A stretch of DNA of 64,000 bases, from the IMG/VR virus record IMGVR_UViG_3300014205_000175, positions 128,001-192,000 of that record. One strand, written 5' to 3'. The stretch is from a virus (Duplodnaviria > Caudoviricetes). This document shows positions 37,552 through 48,544 of the stretch, one piece after another (the first letter of the stretch is position 1; every line of letters starts with the position of its first letter). The notes under the pieces are model-generated. The model had not been told where the DNA came from. It did no database searches and worked only from the letters and a program-made list of their open reading frames with translations. The translations under genes and the position numbers were made by a program.

Positions 37552-38579
37552 ATCTTTTCAGTGATTTGAAAGCTGATCTGGACCCGGATGTACAACTAGA
37601 GAACCTGCATGTGATTTCACAGGCTATTAGTACCGCTACACCCCCTCTAGATGTCGAAATCCGGCTGTCTGAGCGGTTAACGGCGATCGAAGCTATCTGT
37701 ATTAGGATCGATGATCTGCGCGGCTTGAGCGAGCATCTAGTCAGTCACGGTACGATCTCACAAGAATCGGCACAGCTGATCGAAACTATGCGACCGGGGT
37801 TTTTTCACAGTCGTCGTGTGATCGGGCAATTCACCAAAGAACCTAGCCGGGCATTTTTAGCCGAAGGCACGAGTTACGTAAGTCAACAACTCGCACTTGA
37901 AACTGCAGCACTAAACGCTGCTGAAGCTGAAATGCTCGAAGAGACTGTCGGTGAGCTAAGGATGCTGGCTGATTACTATGAGAAACGCTATAAACCTACC
38001 TTGGAGTTGATGGTACGCGATATCAAAACCACTTACCGTGCTCTACTAGCTGCGTATAGTGACAGTCACGATCTTGTTGTCATGGCTGGTAATAGTTCGA
38101 TGGCACTGCTCGACACACCGCTAGCAGTAATTGCAGCTGCGGATGTGCATTCTGATCGTGCTGCTCATCTCGTGCCAGCCTTTTTAGCGGCTACGAATGC
38201 TGTCTTGGAAGTGCTAAAGTCTTATCAGCTCCAACAGCATTTGCAAGAACTCAGCGGCTGTGAACGAATGGCATTAGAACGCGATGAGCTTACTTACCGA
38301 CTGTTACTAGATATCTATGCTGGTGAGCGCATCACTATGATCCTTGATGAACAGCATCTGCAGCTATGCGATTGTGTTGAACAGTTTATCAAGTTCAAAG
38401 ATCAAGCAGCTGGACATGATATGTCGACTGAAGGTGGAGAGGAGTTCTTACGCCAGAATGTCGCTACCATTCGTAACTTCAATGAGACGGTGCTGTATGT
38501 CAAAGCCACGGTTAGCAATATGACCTTACTAAATGTGGCTATTAAACCGGCCTTGACGTATCTGAATCATCTTCTGTAA
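37548..38579 (+). CDS. Putative head protein (gp86-like)
   Basis: 343 aa; GTISQESA...FTKEPS...ALE candidate processing site. Confidence 0.6.
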   Translation: MNLFSDLKADLDPDVQLENLHVISQAISTATPPLDVEIRLSERLTAIEAICIRIDDLRGLSEHLVSHGTISQESAQLIETMRPGFFHSRRVIGQFTKEPSRAFLAEGTSYVSQQLALETAALNAAEAEMLEETVGELRMLADYYEKRYKPTLELMVRDIKTTYRALLAAYSDSHDLVVMAGNSSMALLDTPLAVIAAADVHSDRAAHLVPAFLAATNAVLEVLKSYQLQQHLQELSGCERMALERDELTYRLLLDIYAGERITMILDEQHLQLCDCVEQFIKFKDQAAGHDMSTEGGEEFLRQNVATIRNFNETVLYVKATVSNMTLLNVAIKPALTYLNHLL

Positions 38580-38632
38580 TAAACCCTCTCCCTCCTGCCC
38601 CCGTTTAGGAAGGCAGGAGGGAGAGGGTAGAA

Positions 38633-41566
38633 TCAGTCTTCTTCTATATCAATAAACTCAATCATCACGTCTTCTTCGACCGTCAGATGACCGTCTTCTT
38701 GCTGCGTGAGCTTTTTCTTTAACGCTAGTGATGTGCCAGCTTCCGTGATAGTGACCATATCTAGATTATGTGCTCCGCCCAGTCCGGTGATCGAGACACT
38801 GCGAATCGAGCGATCGAATTCTTTCTGTAGTTGGATGATCATCTCAGAAATAGTGACAGTGGACGATTCAAGCACCGAGCTGATAATCTCGATCGTCCTG
38901 TATTCAATATTCTGTCGAATGCGAATGTCGTTGTAGGCAGCATTGCCAACATAGTATTTAACATGGAAACTTTGTAGTATGTCAATATAGTCTTCGATGC
39001 CATCTTTGAGTAATACTAACACCCGGCCAATGTTTTTCTTCGGTCGGAAAAATAGTCGCGTTTGTTCTAGTAGCACTTTATCGATATTTTCTAGATCCTG
39101 AGTGATCCATTTGTCCATTGTAGCGATAACATCACGACGATATTCAACATGGTCTTCTCGTGTAGCCAGATAGTGTTTATAATCCATCAATACTAGATCG
39201 AGGTAGTTTACGGTACCGATGCCATTGGTACGTAACGGGTTACCATTTACATCAAGCTTAACATCACCGCTGCGATGCTGATAGACGATCTCACCATCGG
39301 TATTATAGACGATGTCACCTTTACGGTGCAGCAAATGAAAATTGAGACTATTATCAGCATTGACGTGAAACACCGAACCTGTGTAAGGATCTATGTCATA
39401 CACGTCTTCATCGTAGACCATAGGTACGTCTTGCTGATAGGTCTGGTAATCATTACCACTTAGAGAAGAACGATAATGTCGCCACAGATTATCTAACGCC
39501 AGACCAAATGTGATGTCGAGTTCCTCATGGGTTACGACAGCATATCGACCGTCAAGAATAAAGCGCCCCAGGAGTTGATCAGACGCACTTTGACGATACG
39601 CTGATACGAACGAATTGGTGTAATGCAAAATCTGAAAAGTGTACGCTAATGGACTGGGCAGATGTAAAAGTGAATTACTGACTATTTGGAAATTAGTAAA
39701 ATAAAGCCGGTGTTTAGGGTCGATGTCGTACTCGGTATGTAGATCGAATTGAAACACGCGTTCATTGTCGGAGTTCTTACCTAGGTATAGTCCATTTATA
39801 TAGCCGTAATACGACTCACCCGGTGGTTGAAATGCAAGTTGCACTCCTACTTCCTCATCGGCCAGCTTTTTATAGTTATCACCTGACTTGGTTGTGATTG
39901 TCAGTCGGTAACCGAATGATTTTTTCTCGATGCTGTGACTACCAGTATTAACCGCTAGCTGCAGTGTCGGATTTTGGTATAGGAAGCTGATCTTATCGGT
40001 GTTCGGGTAGTCTAGGCTATAGACACGCAGATCGAGCTCATCGCGTGAAAAATCCATTACATAGTGATACGGATTTACCAGCAGCTGTCTAGAGTTGATC
40101 TCTTCGGTCATAGCGAGTTTCGATAGTGCTTCAAGACGCGTTTTTTCGTATTGGTCGAGAATTACTAGCTGACTATTGACGAGCTCCATCAATACTCCGG
40201 ACGGAATCGTAATACGATCTTCCTGAGTGTAGATGCCTTGATGACTGCTGATATTTTCTGCTGTATCTACGAGCTGTGCTACGGTCAGTAGCATCGGTGT
40301 GATCGGGTGCCGGTTACGTGAACGGGGGATATTTTTCGTAGCAATAAAGATGCGGTTGGTGATGACATCGACGTTTTTATAGAGCGTAAAGCCTTTGCGG
40401 TCGACGTAGTATTCGATCTGGGTAGGTGTGATCGGCAGTTGACGGTCTCCGATGCTATTACTGACTACCAGACTACGTAGGTGATCGAACGGTACTGCTG
40501 CAGTACCAGAGACTACGGTTTCACCAGTAAAGCTAAAGAATGTTGTTTGCTGCAGCGCGTTGGTGAATGCATTGGTGTCAGCATTTTCGTCTAAGGCCAA
40601 CAACTGTGTTGTAAAAGCTTTTAGTTCATAGTTAGCAAAGTTGATGTCGACATGTCCACGTGTGCCATAAGTGTCGATACGCACCGTGCCCGTCACTAAG
40701 CCATTCATGATATATACAGGAGGGATGAAAACCCGTACCTGTCCATCGAACACTTGTAATACTGCTGTGGGTGTGTAGGGATCATAGATCTGATCGGTAT
40801 GTGTGGTTTTCATCTCTACCCAACCAGCATTACGGCTGGCACGGTGATAGACACGCGTCACATAGTACTGATCCTGTACGGTAACCTGTTCGATGAAGGG
40901 TCGCGATAGCTGTACTGGAAATTCAGCACTGATGATTTTAAACTGCGATAGCGGTACTTCAAAAGCTAACCAGCGTGTATTGCTCGCATCGGTTTTGATC
41001 TGGTAATCGATAACATTCGTCGAGAGTGTCTGCAACGGGGTCGTCTGAGTCGCATCGTATTTAACCTGTACGATGCCGCTATAATACTTATAAATATCGA
41101 TAGGGTATTGTAGCGAGAACGTGATGCCGTCGACGATGACTTCTGTGTTACGCGGAATAGTTGACTTGCAATACTCTTCGAGCGGCATATCGACCATCTC
41201 GTTAAGCAGACTATTAAGCTCAAAGTAAAACTGGAAGTTCGCTGTAGCCGGGGTAGCGAAGCGATCGAGATAGTCCCAGTTCGACATGTGTAGATAAAGA
41301 TCTTCTTGGTTCTGACTCAGCGCGGGGTACTGACGGCGCGTGAGAATGGTGTTTTCCTGTATTGCTAGTGCGGTATTAACGCTACTGGCTTCGAGCAGAT
41401 AAATAAACGGGTTGGTCGGATCGACGATATCGACTTTGCCTGCAGTGATATCAGATAGATGGTCTAGGATACGGCGCTGGATTAGCGTCGGGTTGTAGCG
41501 ATACTGTTGCAGCTCTCCTAGCAAGTTCTTGATCGACAACGTATTGAACTCAGTAATCTCAGCCAT
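38633..41566 (-). CDS. Large virion structural protein, probable baseplate wedge (gp87-like)
   Basis: 977 aa; DPTNPFIYLLE, YPALSQ...DLYLHMS, TIPRNTEV; synteny. Confidence 0.7.
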   Translation of the reverse strand: MAEITEFNTLSIKNLLGELQQYRYNPTLIQRRILDHLSDITAGKVDIVDPTNPFIYLLEASSVNTALAIQENTILTRRQYPALSQNQEDLYLHMSNWDYLDRFATPATANFQFYFELNSLLNEMVDMPLEEYCKSTIPRNTEVIVDGITFSLQYPIDIYKYYSGIVQVKYDATQTTPLQTLSTNVIDYQIKTDASNTRWLAFEVPLSQFKIISAEFPVQLSRPFIEQVTVQDQYYVTRVYHRASRNAGWVEMKTTHTDQIYDPYTPTAVLQVFDGQVRVFIPPVYIMNGLVTGTVRIDTYGTRGHVDINFANYELKAFTTQLLALDENADTNAFTNALQQTTFFSFTGETVVSGTAAVPFDHLRSLVVSNSIGDRQLPITPTQIEYYVDRKGFTLYKNVDVITNRIFIATKNIPRSRNRHPITPMLLTVAQLVDTAENISSHQGIYTQEDRITIPSGVLMELVNSQLVILDQYEKTRLEALSKLAMTEEINSRQLLVNPYHYVMDFSRDELDLRVYSLDYPNTDKISFLYQNPTLQLAVNTGSHSIEKKSFGYRLTITTKSGDNYKKLADEEVGVQLAFQPPGESYYGYINGLYLGKNSDNERVFQFDLHTEYDIDPKHRLYFTNFQIVSNSLLHLPSPLAYTFQILHYTNSFVSAYRQSASDQLLGRFILDGRYAVVTHEELDITFGLALDNLWRHYRSSLSGNDYQTYQQDVPMVYDEDVYDIDPYTGSVFHVNADNSLNFHLLHRKGDIVYNTDGEIVYQHRSGDVKLDVNGNPLRTNGIGTVNYLDLVLMDYKHYLATREDHVEYRRDVIATMDKWITQDLENIDKVLLEQTRLFFRPKKNIGRVLVLLKDGIEDYIDILQSFHVKYYVGNAAYNDIRIRQNIEYRTIEIISSVLESSTVTISEMIIQLQKEFDRSIRSVSITGLGGAHNLDMVTITEAGTSLALKKKLTQQEDGHLTVEEDVMIEFIDIEED

Positions 41567-41568
41567 CT

Positions 41569-42663
41569 TTAATCTCCGAAGTATTCCTCAATGTCCCGAC
41601 TCGGGGTGCTTAGAACGTTGTTGATCCTAGCGTTATAGATGTTATTAGGAATCCACCATTCTAGCTCGTAATTATTTGGGTTAATCCAAGGATAACCGCG
41701 ATGGTTGAAGTAAGTCAGGAGATCCTGTGGAATTTTAACTACACCGCCGGCTACTGTTACATCTCGCGGCACGCGCACCGCATTCTCCACCGCTGCCATG
41801 TCGGGATTGAAAATCTTCACCGTCGCATTAAACTCCTTGACTAAAATGTCATCGAAGTATTCCGCACCGAGACAGCGAAAGCGAATCGTGATGTCTTTGT
41901 TCTGGTCGTTGTAGGGCTTCTCGCTGCTAAAGTCCATGAAGCTGCCGATCGGTGCCGAGATCGGAAAAGCGACTCCGGTAGCGCCGATTTTACGCACGTA
42001 GGTCTTTGACTCGTCTAGCGTCAAGCGATAGATACGCGTCATGTAATCGATTTCGTTCTCTAGCAGATAATCGATATAGGGCATCAAGGTGCCCTCGTAG
42101 ACGAGCGACGAGTAGTGCGCCCAGATGTAGAACAGATAGACGATCGGGTCCCCGCGTGTGTTGCGAAAGGTCGCATCGATGTCAAATGACTCGAAGTTAC
42201 GCGACACGCCATCGACTTGCGAATACACTTCGTTATACACGCCTTGTTTCGAAGTGTAGGTAGGCACCGTCAGATCGGGCCAGCCAGAAAGAGAAGTGAG
42301 ATTGTTGGTTAGGATCGGAATAAAGGCTTGCGTGGAGTCGATCAGCGGACAGCTTAGTCCCGTGGGATTTTCTGGACTACCTACCATCAATCTGGGATCG
42401 AGCATGCATCGCACGAAACGCTGAATGCTCACCGGGTTCATCGACAGCAACGGGTAAAAATAGCGAATGTTGCGAATGTTGCCTGGCTGTAGGTTAAGCT
42501 GCGGACGGACGAAAAAAGTTAATCCGTACGTGTCTTTGTTGGACGTAACCATGCCAGGAATCTGACGATGATTAAACCCGTAGAGGTTGTTACCGATGGC
42601 TTTATCAACTGACCCGATCGGGGTGTTTTGATAAAAATCATCCATGCTAGCAAAGTTTGACAT
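41569..42663 (-). CDS. Virion structural protein, tube/baseplate-like (gp88-like)
   Basis: 364 aa; GLTFFVRPQLNL, LSGWPD, IDYMTRIYRL; synteny. Confidence 0.7.
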   Translation of the reverse strand: MSNFASMDDFYQNTPIGSVDKAIGNNLYGFNHRQIPGMVTSNKDTYGLTFFVRPQLNLQPGNIRNIRYFYPLLSMNPVSIQRFVRCMLDPRLMVGSPENPTGLSCPLIDSTQAFIPILTNNLTSLSGWPDLTVPTYTSKQGVYNEVYSQVDGVSRNFESFDIDATFRNTRGDPIVYLFYIWAHYSSLVYEGTLMPYIDYLLENEIDYMTRIYRLTLDESKTYVRKIGATGVAFPISAPIGSFMDFSSEKPYNDQNKDITIRFRCLGAEYFDDILVKEFNATVKIFNPDMAAVENAVRVPRDVTVAGGVVKIPQDLLTYFNHRGYPWINPNNYELEWWIPNNIYNARINNVLSTPSRDIEEYFGD

Positions 42664-42712
42664 ATGTAATTCCCGTTTTCTTTTTTCAATCTAGTTCGGA
42701 GATAGTAACACC

Positions 42713-43900
42713 ATGGACCTCAATACCGCCAAAGCCGTAGTCACCACTCCTATTCAAATTATTGGCGAGGTGGTGCATTTTATAAAATCCAACACCGTCG
42801 ATTACTACCGCACGACATCGCTGCCAGAGATTACCAAACTCACACGTGTGGAGCCGATTACTGTCATCTCCCGTGACTGCATGAATCTGGAATATACTGG
42901 CGACATTTTGCAATCAGTTCTTAATATCTTTTCGGGATATTACCTGCAAGCCGTGTCGCTCGGTGCACGCGTCGGTGGGGTGCGAGTGGTGAAAATCCTC
43001 GATCGCCTCAACCCCGATCGCGACAGCTCTGGCTTCTTCTCTAGCCTGGAATCGCACGCGAGCCCGGCCGTGCTGCTGCAGGAGAACTACAAATACCGGC
43101 TGCCGCGTGCTACTGCACGGATTTCGACCGAAGGCAAACTGATGGATGCGATGCTCAATGGCGACAACGCCTATGACGTAGCGCGTAACGGCAACGTAGC
43201 CCCCACACACGGCTCGACCGATTATGAGCGTGATATGCTCGGTAAATCGGTGCTGACCGAACCGGCCAACCTCGCAGTGGGTAAGATGCTGCGCGTGACG
43301 ATCACCGTCGATGAACACACCATGGAAGTGCCGGTCAACGTGCGTCTAGCTCCGGCGGTACTAGCGAACGCGAGTGTCGAACATCTACTGACGCTGAAAA
43401 AAGAAGACAACAGCTTGGTCGAGCGCTATCACTCGTGGCGCGCGGGACGCATCTCGTTCATCCGTGATCTGGTGCTGTGTCAAGACATCATCGATACGCA
43501 CCGTAAAGCACTAATGAATGATGAGAGTGGTACCTACAACGAGATCATTCGGCGTGCTAACAACACGAAGAAGTACGGGCTACTCACGCAAAACCCGTCG
43601 CTGGTGTCGGCTTCTAACATCTTTGTCTTCTCTGAAGAGTCGGCCCGCAACGTCGAGCGTCAGCTCGGTGGCAAACTAAGTAACCCGCGCATTCGGCAAA
43701 AAGCTTTCGAGAACACTTACGCGATGATCCTAGTGGTTATCGATCGTGAATGGGAGCGAGTGAGTATCTACCATCGCGGCATTAGTGCCAGTACCGAAGT
43801 CAACGTTCGTGACATCAAGGCAGCCAATAAGAAAAATGGCGGCATGGATATCGCCGACGTACTCAAGAGCTTCTCCCTCGGTCAGGCGCCGTCGTTCTGA
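42713..43900 (+). CDS. Major head/inner-body protein (gp89-like)
   Basis: TRVEP, GYYLQAV, LDRLNP, SLE/STE candidate cleavage sites, NLAVGK. Confidence 0.75.
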   Translation: MDLNTAKAVVTTPIQIIGEVVHFIKSNTVDYYRTTSLPEITKLTRVEPITVISRDCMNLEYTGDILQSVLNIFSGYYLQAVSLGARVGGVRVVKILDRLNPDRDSSGFFSSLESHASPAVLLQENYKYRLPRATARISTEGKLMDAMLNGDNAYDVARNGNVAPTHGSTDYERDMLGKSVLTEPANLAVGKMLRVTITVDEHTMEVPVNVRLAPAVLANASVEHLLTLKKEDNSLVERYHSWRAGRISFIRDLVLCQDIIDTHRKALMNDESGTYNEIIRRANNTKKYGLLTQNPSLVSASNIFVFSEESARNVERQLGGKLSNPRIRQKAFENTYAMILVVIDREWERVSIYHRGISASTEVNVRDIKAANKKNGGMDIADVLKSFSLGQAPSF

Positions 43901-43937
43901 TTTCGCTCTTCGTTTACCTTTTAACAGGATAGTCAAA

Positions 43938-44834
43938 ATGAAACTGTACCAGTTCATCCGTAGCCTGATGCCACGCATCGAACGCCAGCATCTGCTCGAA
44001 GATATCGAGATTACGAAAAACGAACTCACGACTGGCGTGATCCCGGCGTTCCAATCGGCGCAGCTGTACTTCAAAGCCGGCGGTATCCGTAGCGATGCGG
44101 TCAAAGCGCTAGAGAGCGTTTTCTATCGCAACTACAACGCACGCGGTAGTAAGCGTAAAGAGAACTTTATCGCCGAGATCGCCGAATGTCTGCCGGCGGT
44201 GCGCGAGAACCTCGAATATATCGATAGTCAAATCGAGGAGATCTTTAGCCGTGACATCATCAAAGACGGTTTGAGTATCCGTAAGGCATCCTTGCTACGT
44301 GCAGTCGATCATATCTCGTATATTTCACGCTATGCGATCGATCTGATCAACCTTATCTACGTACATGAAGCCCAGCATCGCAACGTCGACATCACCGAGA
44401 GCTATGGTGGTAACGATAAGATCCGTGAACTCACGCAGAAGAATCTCTTTATATTCGCCAAGATGCTTGTGATCTATGGGCAAAAAGCGAAAGACTTCCA
44501 GGAGCAGTTCTTCAAACTCCCTGAAGCGGTACTAAACGAGCAAACCTTCCAGCAAGTCGCTGCTCTTTACAAAGACAACGGCGACCCGATCCCGCAAGAT
44601 GCAGTAAGTGAGTTTGAAGGTAATCCGATCTATCACATCCGACTCAATATCGCCGAATGGCAGGCGGAACGCTATCGTGGGTTCAAGGATAAGAAGAAGA
44701 TGTTGGAGCTGCGTCTGATGCATTTGAAGATGCTGCAACAAGACAAATCTGATCCGAATCTGGAAAAAGAAATCGAATATATTCAAAATCGTGTCGAAGG
44801 TATCGATTTCAAACTTCGGAAAATGGAAGACTGA
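43938..44834 (+). CDS. Head/inner-body protein (gp90-like)
   Basis: Start MKLYQF; NPIYHIRL...ELRLMHL. Confidence 0.75.
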   Translation: MKLYQFIRSLMPRIERQHLLEDIEITKNELTTGVIPAFQSAQLYFKAGGIRSDAVKALESVFYRNYNARGSKRKENFIAEIAECLPAVRENLEYIDSQIEEIFSRDIIKDGLSIRKASLLRAVDHISYISRYAIDLINLIYVHEAQHRNVDITESYGGNDKIRELTQKNLFIFAKMLVIYGQKAKDFQEQFFKLPEAVLNEQTFQQVAALYKDNGDPIPQDAVSEFEGNPIYHIRLNIAEWQAERYRGFKDKKKMLELRLMHLKMLQQDKSDPNLEKEIEYIQNRVEGIDFKLRKMED

Positions 44835-44900
44835 TAACTCCTGCGTGCCCTCCGGCTATAGCAGTCCGGGGGCACGCATCACCACCTTCACGAGGATGCC

Positions 44901-45566
44901 ATGCTCAAGTGTATGATTTTGCAATCGGGCTTCATTACCCCGGACGTTCCCGGACTGACGTTACCGAAATCCCCCCGTCCGGATATCAGTGACATCATCA
45001 TCAAACCCTTCAAACATCCCAACACGCAGTTCTATTATTCGGTTGATATCACTGAGCTCTACGAGCGCTTCATGTTTGATGCCACAGTGGTGAAAGACTT
45101 TGCCTACCGTGAACAGTTCTTGAAGGCATTCATGAACGTCATCAATGGCGTGTCATTTAAACAATGGGTGTATCTGCAAACCGAAGCCACGACGTTGTCG
45201 CTGAGCGGTATGGAGTTCTTACTCGATACGCTACGCTATATTCGTGACGGTCAGCGCTCGGTTAATATCGGTAACTGGGTCGGGCTGATCGATGCGATCG
45301 GTTCTGGTCGTCCGCGTGCTAATGATATCGAGTTACTCCGGTGCTTTTTCGCTGATCGTGTTGACAGTGAGATCTATAGCAAGGGATGCCTGTCGCCAGA
45401 TCTTACGCGGATTTTAGCTGGCTGGACTGGCCATGCTGACGGCTTTAAAGATCTTATCATCACTGCCGGCATCATTTTTGGCTTACATCCTAAAACCACG
45501 ATTAACAATCAATCGCGCACAACCCCTGAGTTACCGAATAAATCTGAATCACTGCAACTTAGGTGA
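44901..45566 (+). CDS. Virion protein (gp91-like)
   Basis: 221 aa; synteny. Confidence 0.6.
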   Translation: MLKCMILQSGFITPDVPGLTLPKSPRPDISDIIIKPFKHPNTQFYYSVDITELYERFMFDATVVKDFAYREQFLKAFMNVINGVSFKQWVYLQTEATTLSLSGMEFLLDTLRYIRDGQRSVNIGNWVGLIDAIGSGRPRANDIELLRCFFADRVDSEIYSKGCLSPDLTRILAGWTGHADGFKDLIITAGIIFGLHPKTTINNQSRTTPELPNKSESLQLR

Positions 45567-45570
45567 TGTC

Positions 45571-46995
45571 GTGGCGATCAATGTCGGTAAATACTTGGCG
45601 CAGGAGAAACTGCATATTGAGCGGGTAGTAGAGTTGGAGACTGCGCAGCGCGGTGAAGACGACTTCGATCTACTCGCAGATGAATTAGTCAAAAATAAAG
45701 AGCTACAGGAGCGTCAAGAAGAGGCTCCAGATAGCGAAGAAGAGGAAGATATCGACACTGAAGACGCTCCGGATAGCGAAAATGATACCACAGACCCTTC
45801 AGAAGACACTGAGAACGCTTCAGAGGCTTCAGAAGAAGACGTGAGTACCGAACACTATGCTGAACTTCACAAAGGCGCTCAGGCGCATTTGGTAGCGATG
45901 GAAGCACAGTTCCTCTGTGATACGGCTAGCCGGTTAGGGATTGCTCAGGAAGGTGTCGGGAGTTTTATGTACCGCAATCTGGTACGTAAAGACTCTGGTG
46001 AAGATGGATTATTGCTAAAACTCAAAGATCTAGGCATCCATTATAGCAAAGTGGGACTGACGCATTTTGCCAAAGGTATGCTCTATGCGTTAGCCCAAAC
46101 CGCTGCAGCGATCAGCCGCGGTACGCGTCAGCTCATTCGTTACGCGTATCAGCGCTCCAAGTCGTATAGTAAGCTTGCTCTACGTATCGATAAAGCGCGC
46201 GCGATACTCGCGCAACTACCCGAGCAGCAAAACGACGGTGGCGTATTCATTGACGCTGTAACTATCGCTAGTCTTAAAGTCGGTAATAGCGCGGACTTTA
46301 AAAAGCATATTGGGGTATTGTTAGAATTTAATCGAGCCTATCTTCATCAAATGCCAGGATACACCAAGGTTTGCGTAGCTGGAGTTAACAAAACAATCAA
46401 CCATGTCATGTCTGGTAGTGAGACAGTGCCGCTCGTCAGTCATGTTCAGTCACTACCGATTGCAGGATTACATCACGTTAAAACCGAGCATGGCTTGGAT
46501 ACTTACCATTACCCCAAAGTTTTACCGGGTGACATGAACTTCACGGTTCAAACCCCCAGTCGAGAACTGCGAGCTTATGACGACATCAAAACCGCGTACC
46601 GTGCTAGTCAAGCTACAATGGTGTTAAACGACCGTTTGGCTAGTGCTGTGCCAGTTAAGTGCCCTTATTTAACTCCTGATGTTATGAAGGAGTATCTTGA
46701 TATTATGGCTGAGCTGTGCCGTCACGGCATGCAGCTTACAGAGACATTCCGCCAAGTGAGCCGATATCGCAGTCAGCTCAAACCCAGTCTAGAATCATAC
46801 ATTCGTTATCTGGGTATGGAACATGGGCGCTTGACTATACGAGAGTCTTTGGCTGAGTTTGTAGGTCTAAAGACTTCTTATGTAGATAATGTGGTTGTGA
46901 AAGGTGCCATGATTATCCATGATCTAAATTTAACTGTCATCTCCGCTGCGCTTAACTACGTGAAAGCCAGTTTGGAAAATGCCACGCGAAAGTAG
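45571..46995 (+). CDS. Head protein with acidic propeptide (gp92-like)
   Basis: GTG 45571 after AGGTGA; D/E-rich N-region; AME/AQE sites. Confidence 0.65.
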   Translation: MAINVGKYLAQEKLHIERVVELETAQRGEDDFDLLADELVKNKELQERQEEAPDSEEEEDIDTEDAPDSENDTTDPSEDTENASEASEEDVSTEHYAELHKGAQAHLVAMEAQFLCDTASRLGIAQEGVGSFMYRNLVRKDSGEDGLLLKLKDLGIHYSKVGLTHFAKGMLYALAQTAAAISRGTRQLIRYAYQRSKSYSKLALRIDKARAILAQLPEQQNDGGVFIDAVTIASLKVGNSADFKKHIGVLLEFNRAYLHQMPGYTKVCVAGVNKTINHVMSGSETVPLVSHVQSLPIAGLHHVKTEHGLDTYHYPKVLPGDMNFTVQTPSRELRAYDDIKTAYRASQATMVLNDRLASAVPVKCPYLTPDVMKEYLDIMAELCRHGMQLTETFRQVSRYRSQLKPSLESYIRYLGMEHGRLTIRESLAEFVGLKTSYVDNVVVKGAMIIHDLNLTVISAALNYVKASLENATRK

Positions 46996-47072
46996 CACCC
47001 ATAGTGTGGATTATGCCATTAGTCCACAAACGTTTGTAACAACTTTTCTGTTTTACTGAAGGAGTTTTGAAA

Positions 47073-48440
47073 ATGAATCGTTTTGCACGTAAAGGTCTGG
47101 TTGCTGCTATGGAAGACGGCGATCTGGAAGGTCTGGAAGGCGGCGAAATCGCGGGTGCTGACGCTGACGTGGCTGCTGCTGACGCTGTCGGTGAAACTGC
47201 CGAGCAAGAGATCGTCGTCAACGAAGAGACGACCGCTATCGAAGCCCTGTCGTTCGCGATCGAAGAAGCCGTCGAAGACATCGAAACCGTCGAAGAAATC
47301 GCTGACACGGTCGAAGAAGTCTCCGACGCTGGTGGTGAAGGCGGTGAAGGCCTGACCGAAGGCGAAGCTGTGCTGGCTGAAGAAGCGCTGTCGATCGTCT
47401 ATCGTCGCCTCGGCATCCGTGGCGATCGCGTCATGCCCGCTACCGAATCGTTCCGTTCGGCTAACAGCCGCAAGGCCGCTACCCGTATCGGTCTCGAAGG
47501 CATCGGCGAGACGATCAAGTCGGTGTGGGAAAAGATCATCGCCGCGATCCGTTCGATGTGGTCGAAGATCGTTGCTTTCGTCAAGAAACTCACGGACGCC
47601 AACGTCGGTCTGGAAAAGGCTGCCAAGGCACTCAAAGAGAAGCTGAAGAAGTCCAAGGCCAAAGTGCCCGCTTCTGGCGACTCGGAGTTCGATGACGCGG
47701 GTCTGTACGCGCTGTTCCCCACCGGCAAGAAGGTTGATGCCGGTGTTGTGAAGGGCTTCCTGACTGCTCACTCTTCGGTGGCTTCGCAAGCTGGCAAGCT
47801 TGCTCAATCGGTTCATGCTACCCAAGCTATCGTCACGGGTCTTGCCGGTGGTAAGAAGTCGGTTCCCGAATTCGCCAAGATGGCCGAGCAATCGGTTGGG
47901 TTTGCTGCTAGCGCGATGGTTGGCAAGACTGTGTCGATTGACACGTCGCGTGAAGAAGGCGTTGAGGCTACTTCCGATGTCATGCTGGTCGGCGGTAAGG
48001 CTTTCGAAGTGAAGGCTGTCCTTTACACGCCGTCGGGTGACGATGAATCCGATCAATTCTCGCTGACGCATTCGGTCGTTGACCACGACAAGGCTGAAAC
48101 GTCGCCGTCGAAGATCGACATCGGCACCCAGAGTGAACTGGCTGGTGTGTGTGATGCGGTCATCGCCTTCGCCAAAGACAACGGCAAGATGGTGCGTGAG
48201 CTCGAAAAGACCGATAAGGAAGTCAAGAACCTCCTCAAGGAACTCGACAACGTCTTCAAGACCATCGAGAACGATGACGCTGCTGTCAAGGCCAACCGTC
48301 GTCCGTTCATGCTGGCACGTAAAGTGGTCGCCGGTACTGTCAACAAGCTCGGCGCCTTTGGTACGACCTACGCCGGTATGAACGTCAAGTGCGGTCGTGC
48401 TGCACTGCGTTACGTTTCGGCATGTGCTGCGAAATACTGA
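47073..48440 (+). CDS. Abundant internal head protein (phiKZ gp93-97 paralog family)
   Basis: Acidic propeptide, AME/ATE/GLE sites, 'IKSVWEKIIAAIRSMWSKIVAFVKK' helix; strong codon bias. Confidence 0.85.
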   Translation: MNRFARKGLVAAMEDGDLEGLEGGEIAGADADVAAADAVGETAEQEIVVNEETTAIEALSFAIEEAVEDIETVEEIADTVEEVSDAGGEGGEGLTEGEAVLAEEALSIVYRRLGIRGDRVMPATESFRSANSRKAATRIGLEGIGETIKSVWEKIIAAIRSMWSKIVAFVKKLTDANVGLEKAAKALKEKLKKSKAKVPASGDSEFDDAGLYALFPTGKKVDAGVVKGFLTAHSSVASQAGKLAQSVHATQAIVTGLAGGKKSVPEFAKMAEQSVGFAASAMVGKTVSIDTSREEGVEATSDVMLVGGKAFEVKAVLYTPSGDDESDQFSLTHSVVDHDKAETSPSKIDIGTQSELAGVCDAVIAFAKDNGKMVRELEKTDKEVKNLLKELDNVFKTIENDDAAVKANRRPFMLARKVVAGTVNKLGAFGTTYAGMNVKCGRAALRYVSACAAKY

Positions 48441-48544
48441 TCTATCCTGATCTGATATAGCACACTCCCCACCTAGGGCCATAAGCCCTAGGTGGGGAGC
48501 CTTTAACCTGAATCTTATGATTGATAATTATAGAGGATAACGTC

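Noticed and set aside
43785-43937. Upstream extensions of ORF-track genes (also 45433, 27856, 57730, 9630, 7967)
   Set aside because: They overlap upstream genes; downstream starts with better SD context or gene spacing were preferred.
47019-48482. 487-aa antisense ORF
   Set aside because: It mirrors the strongly codon-biased internal head gene, which rarely produces antisense stops. It has no recognisable motifs.
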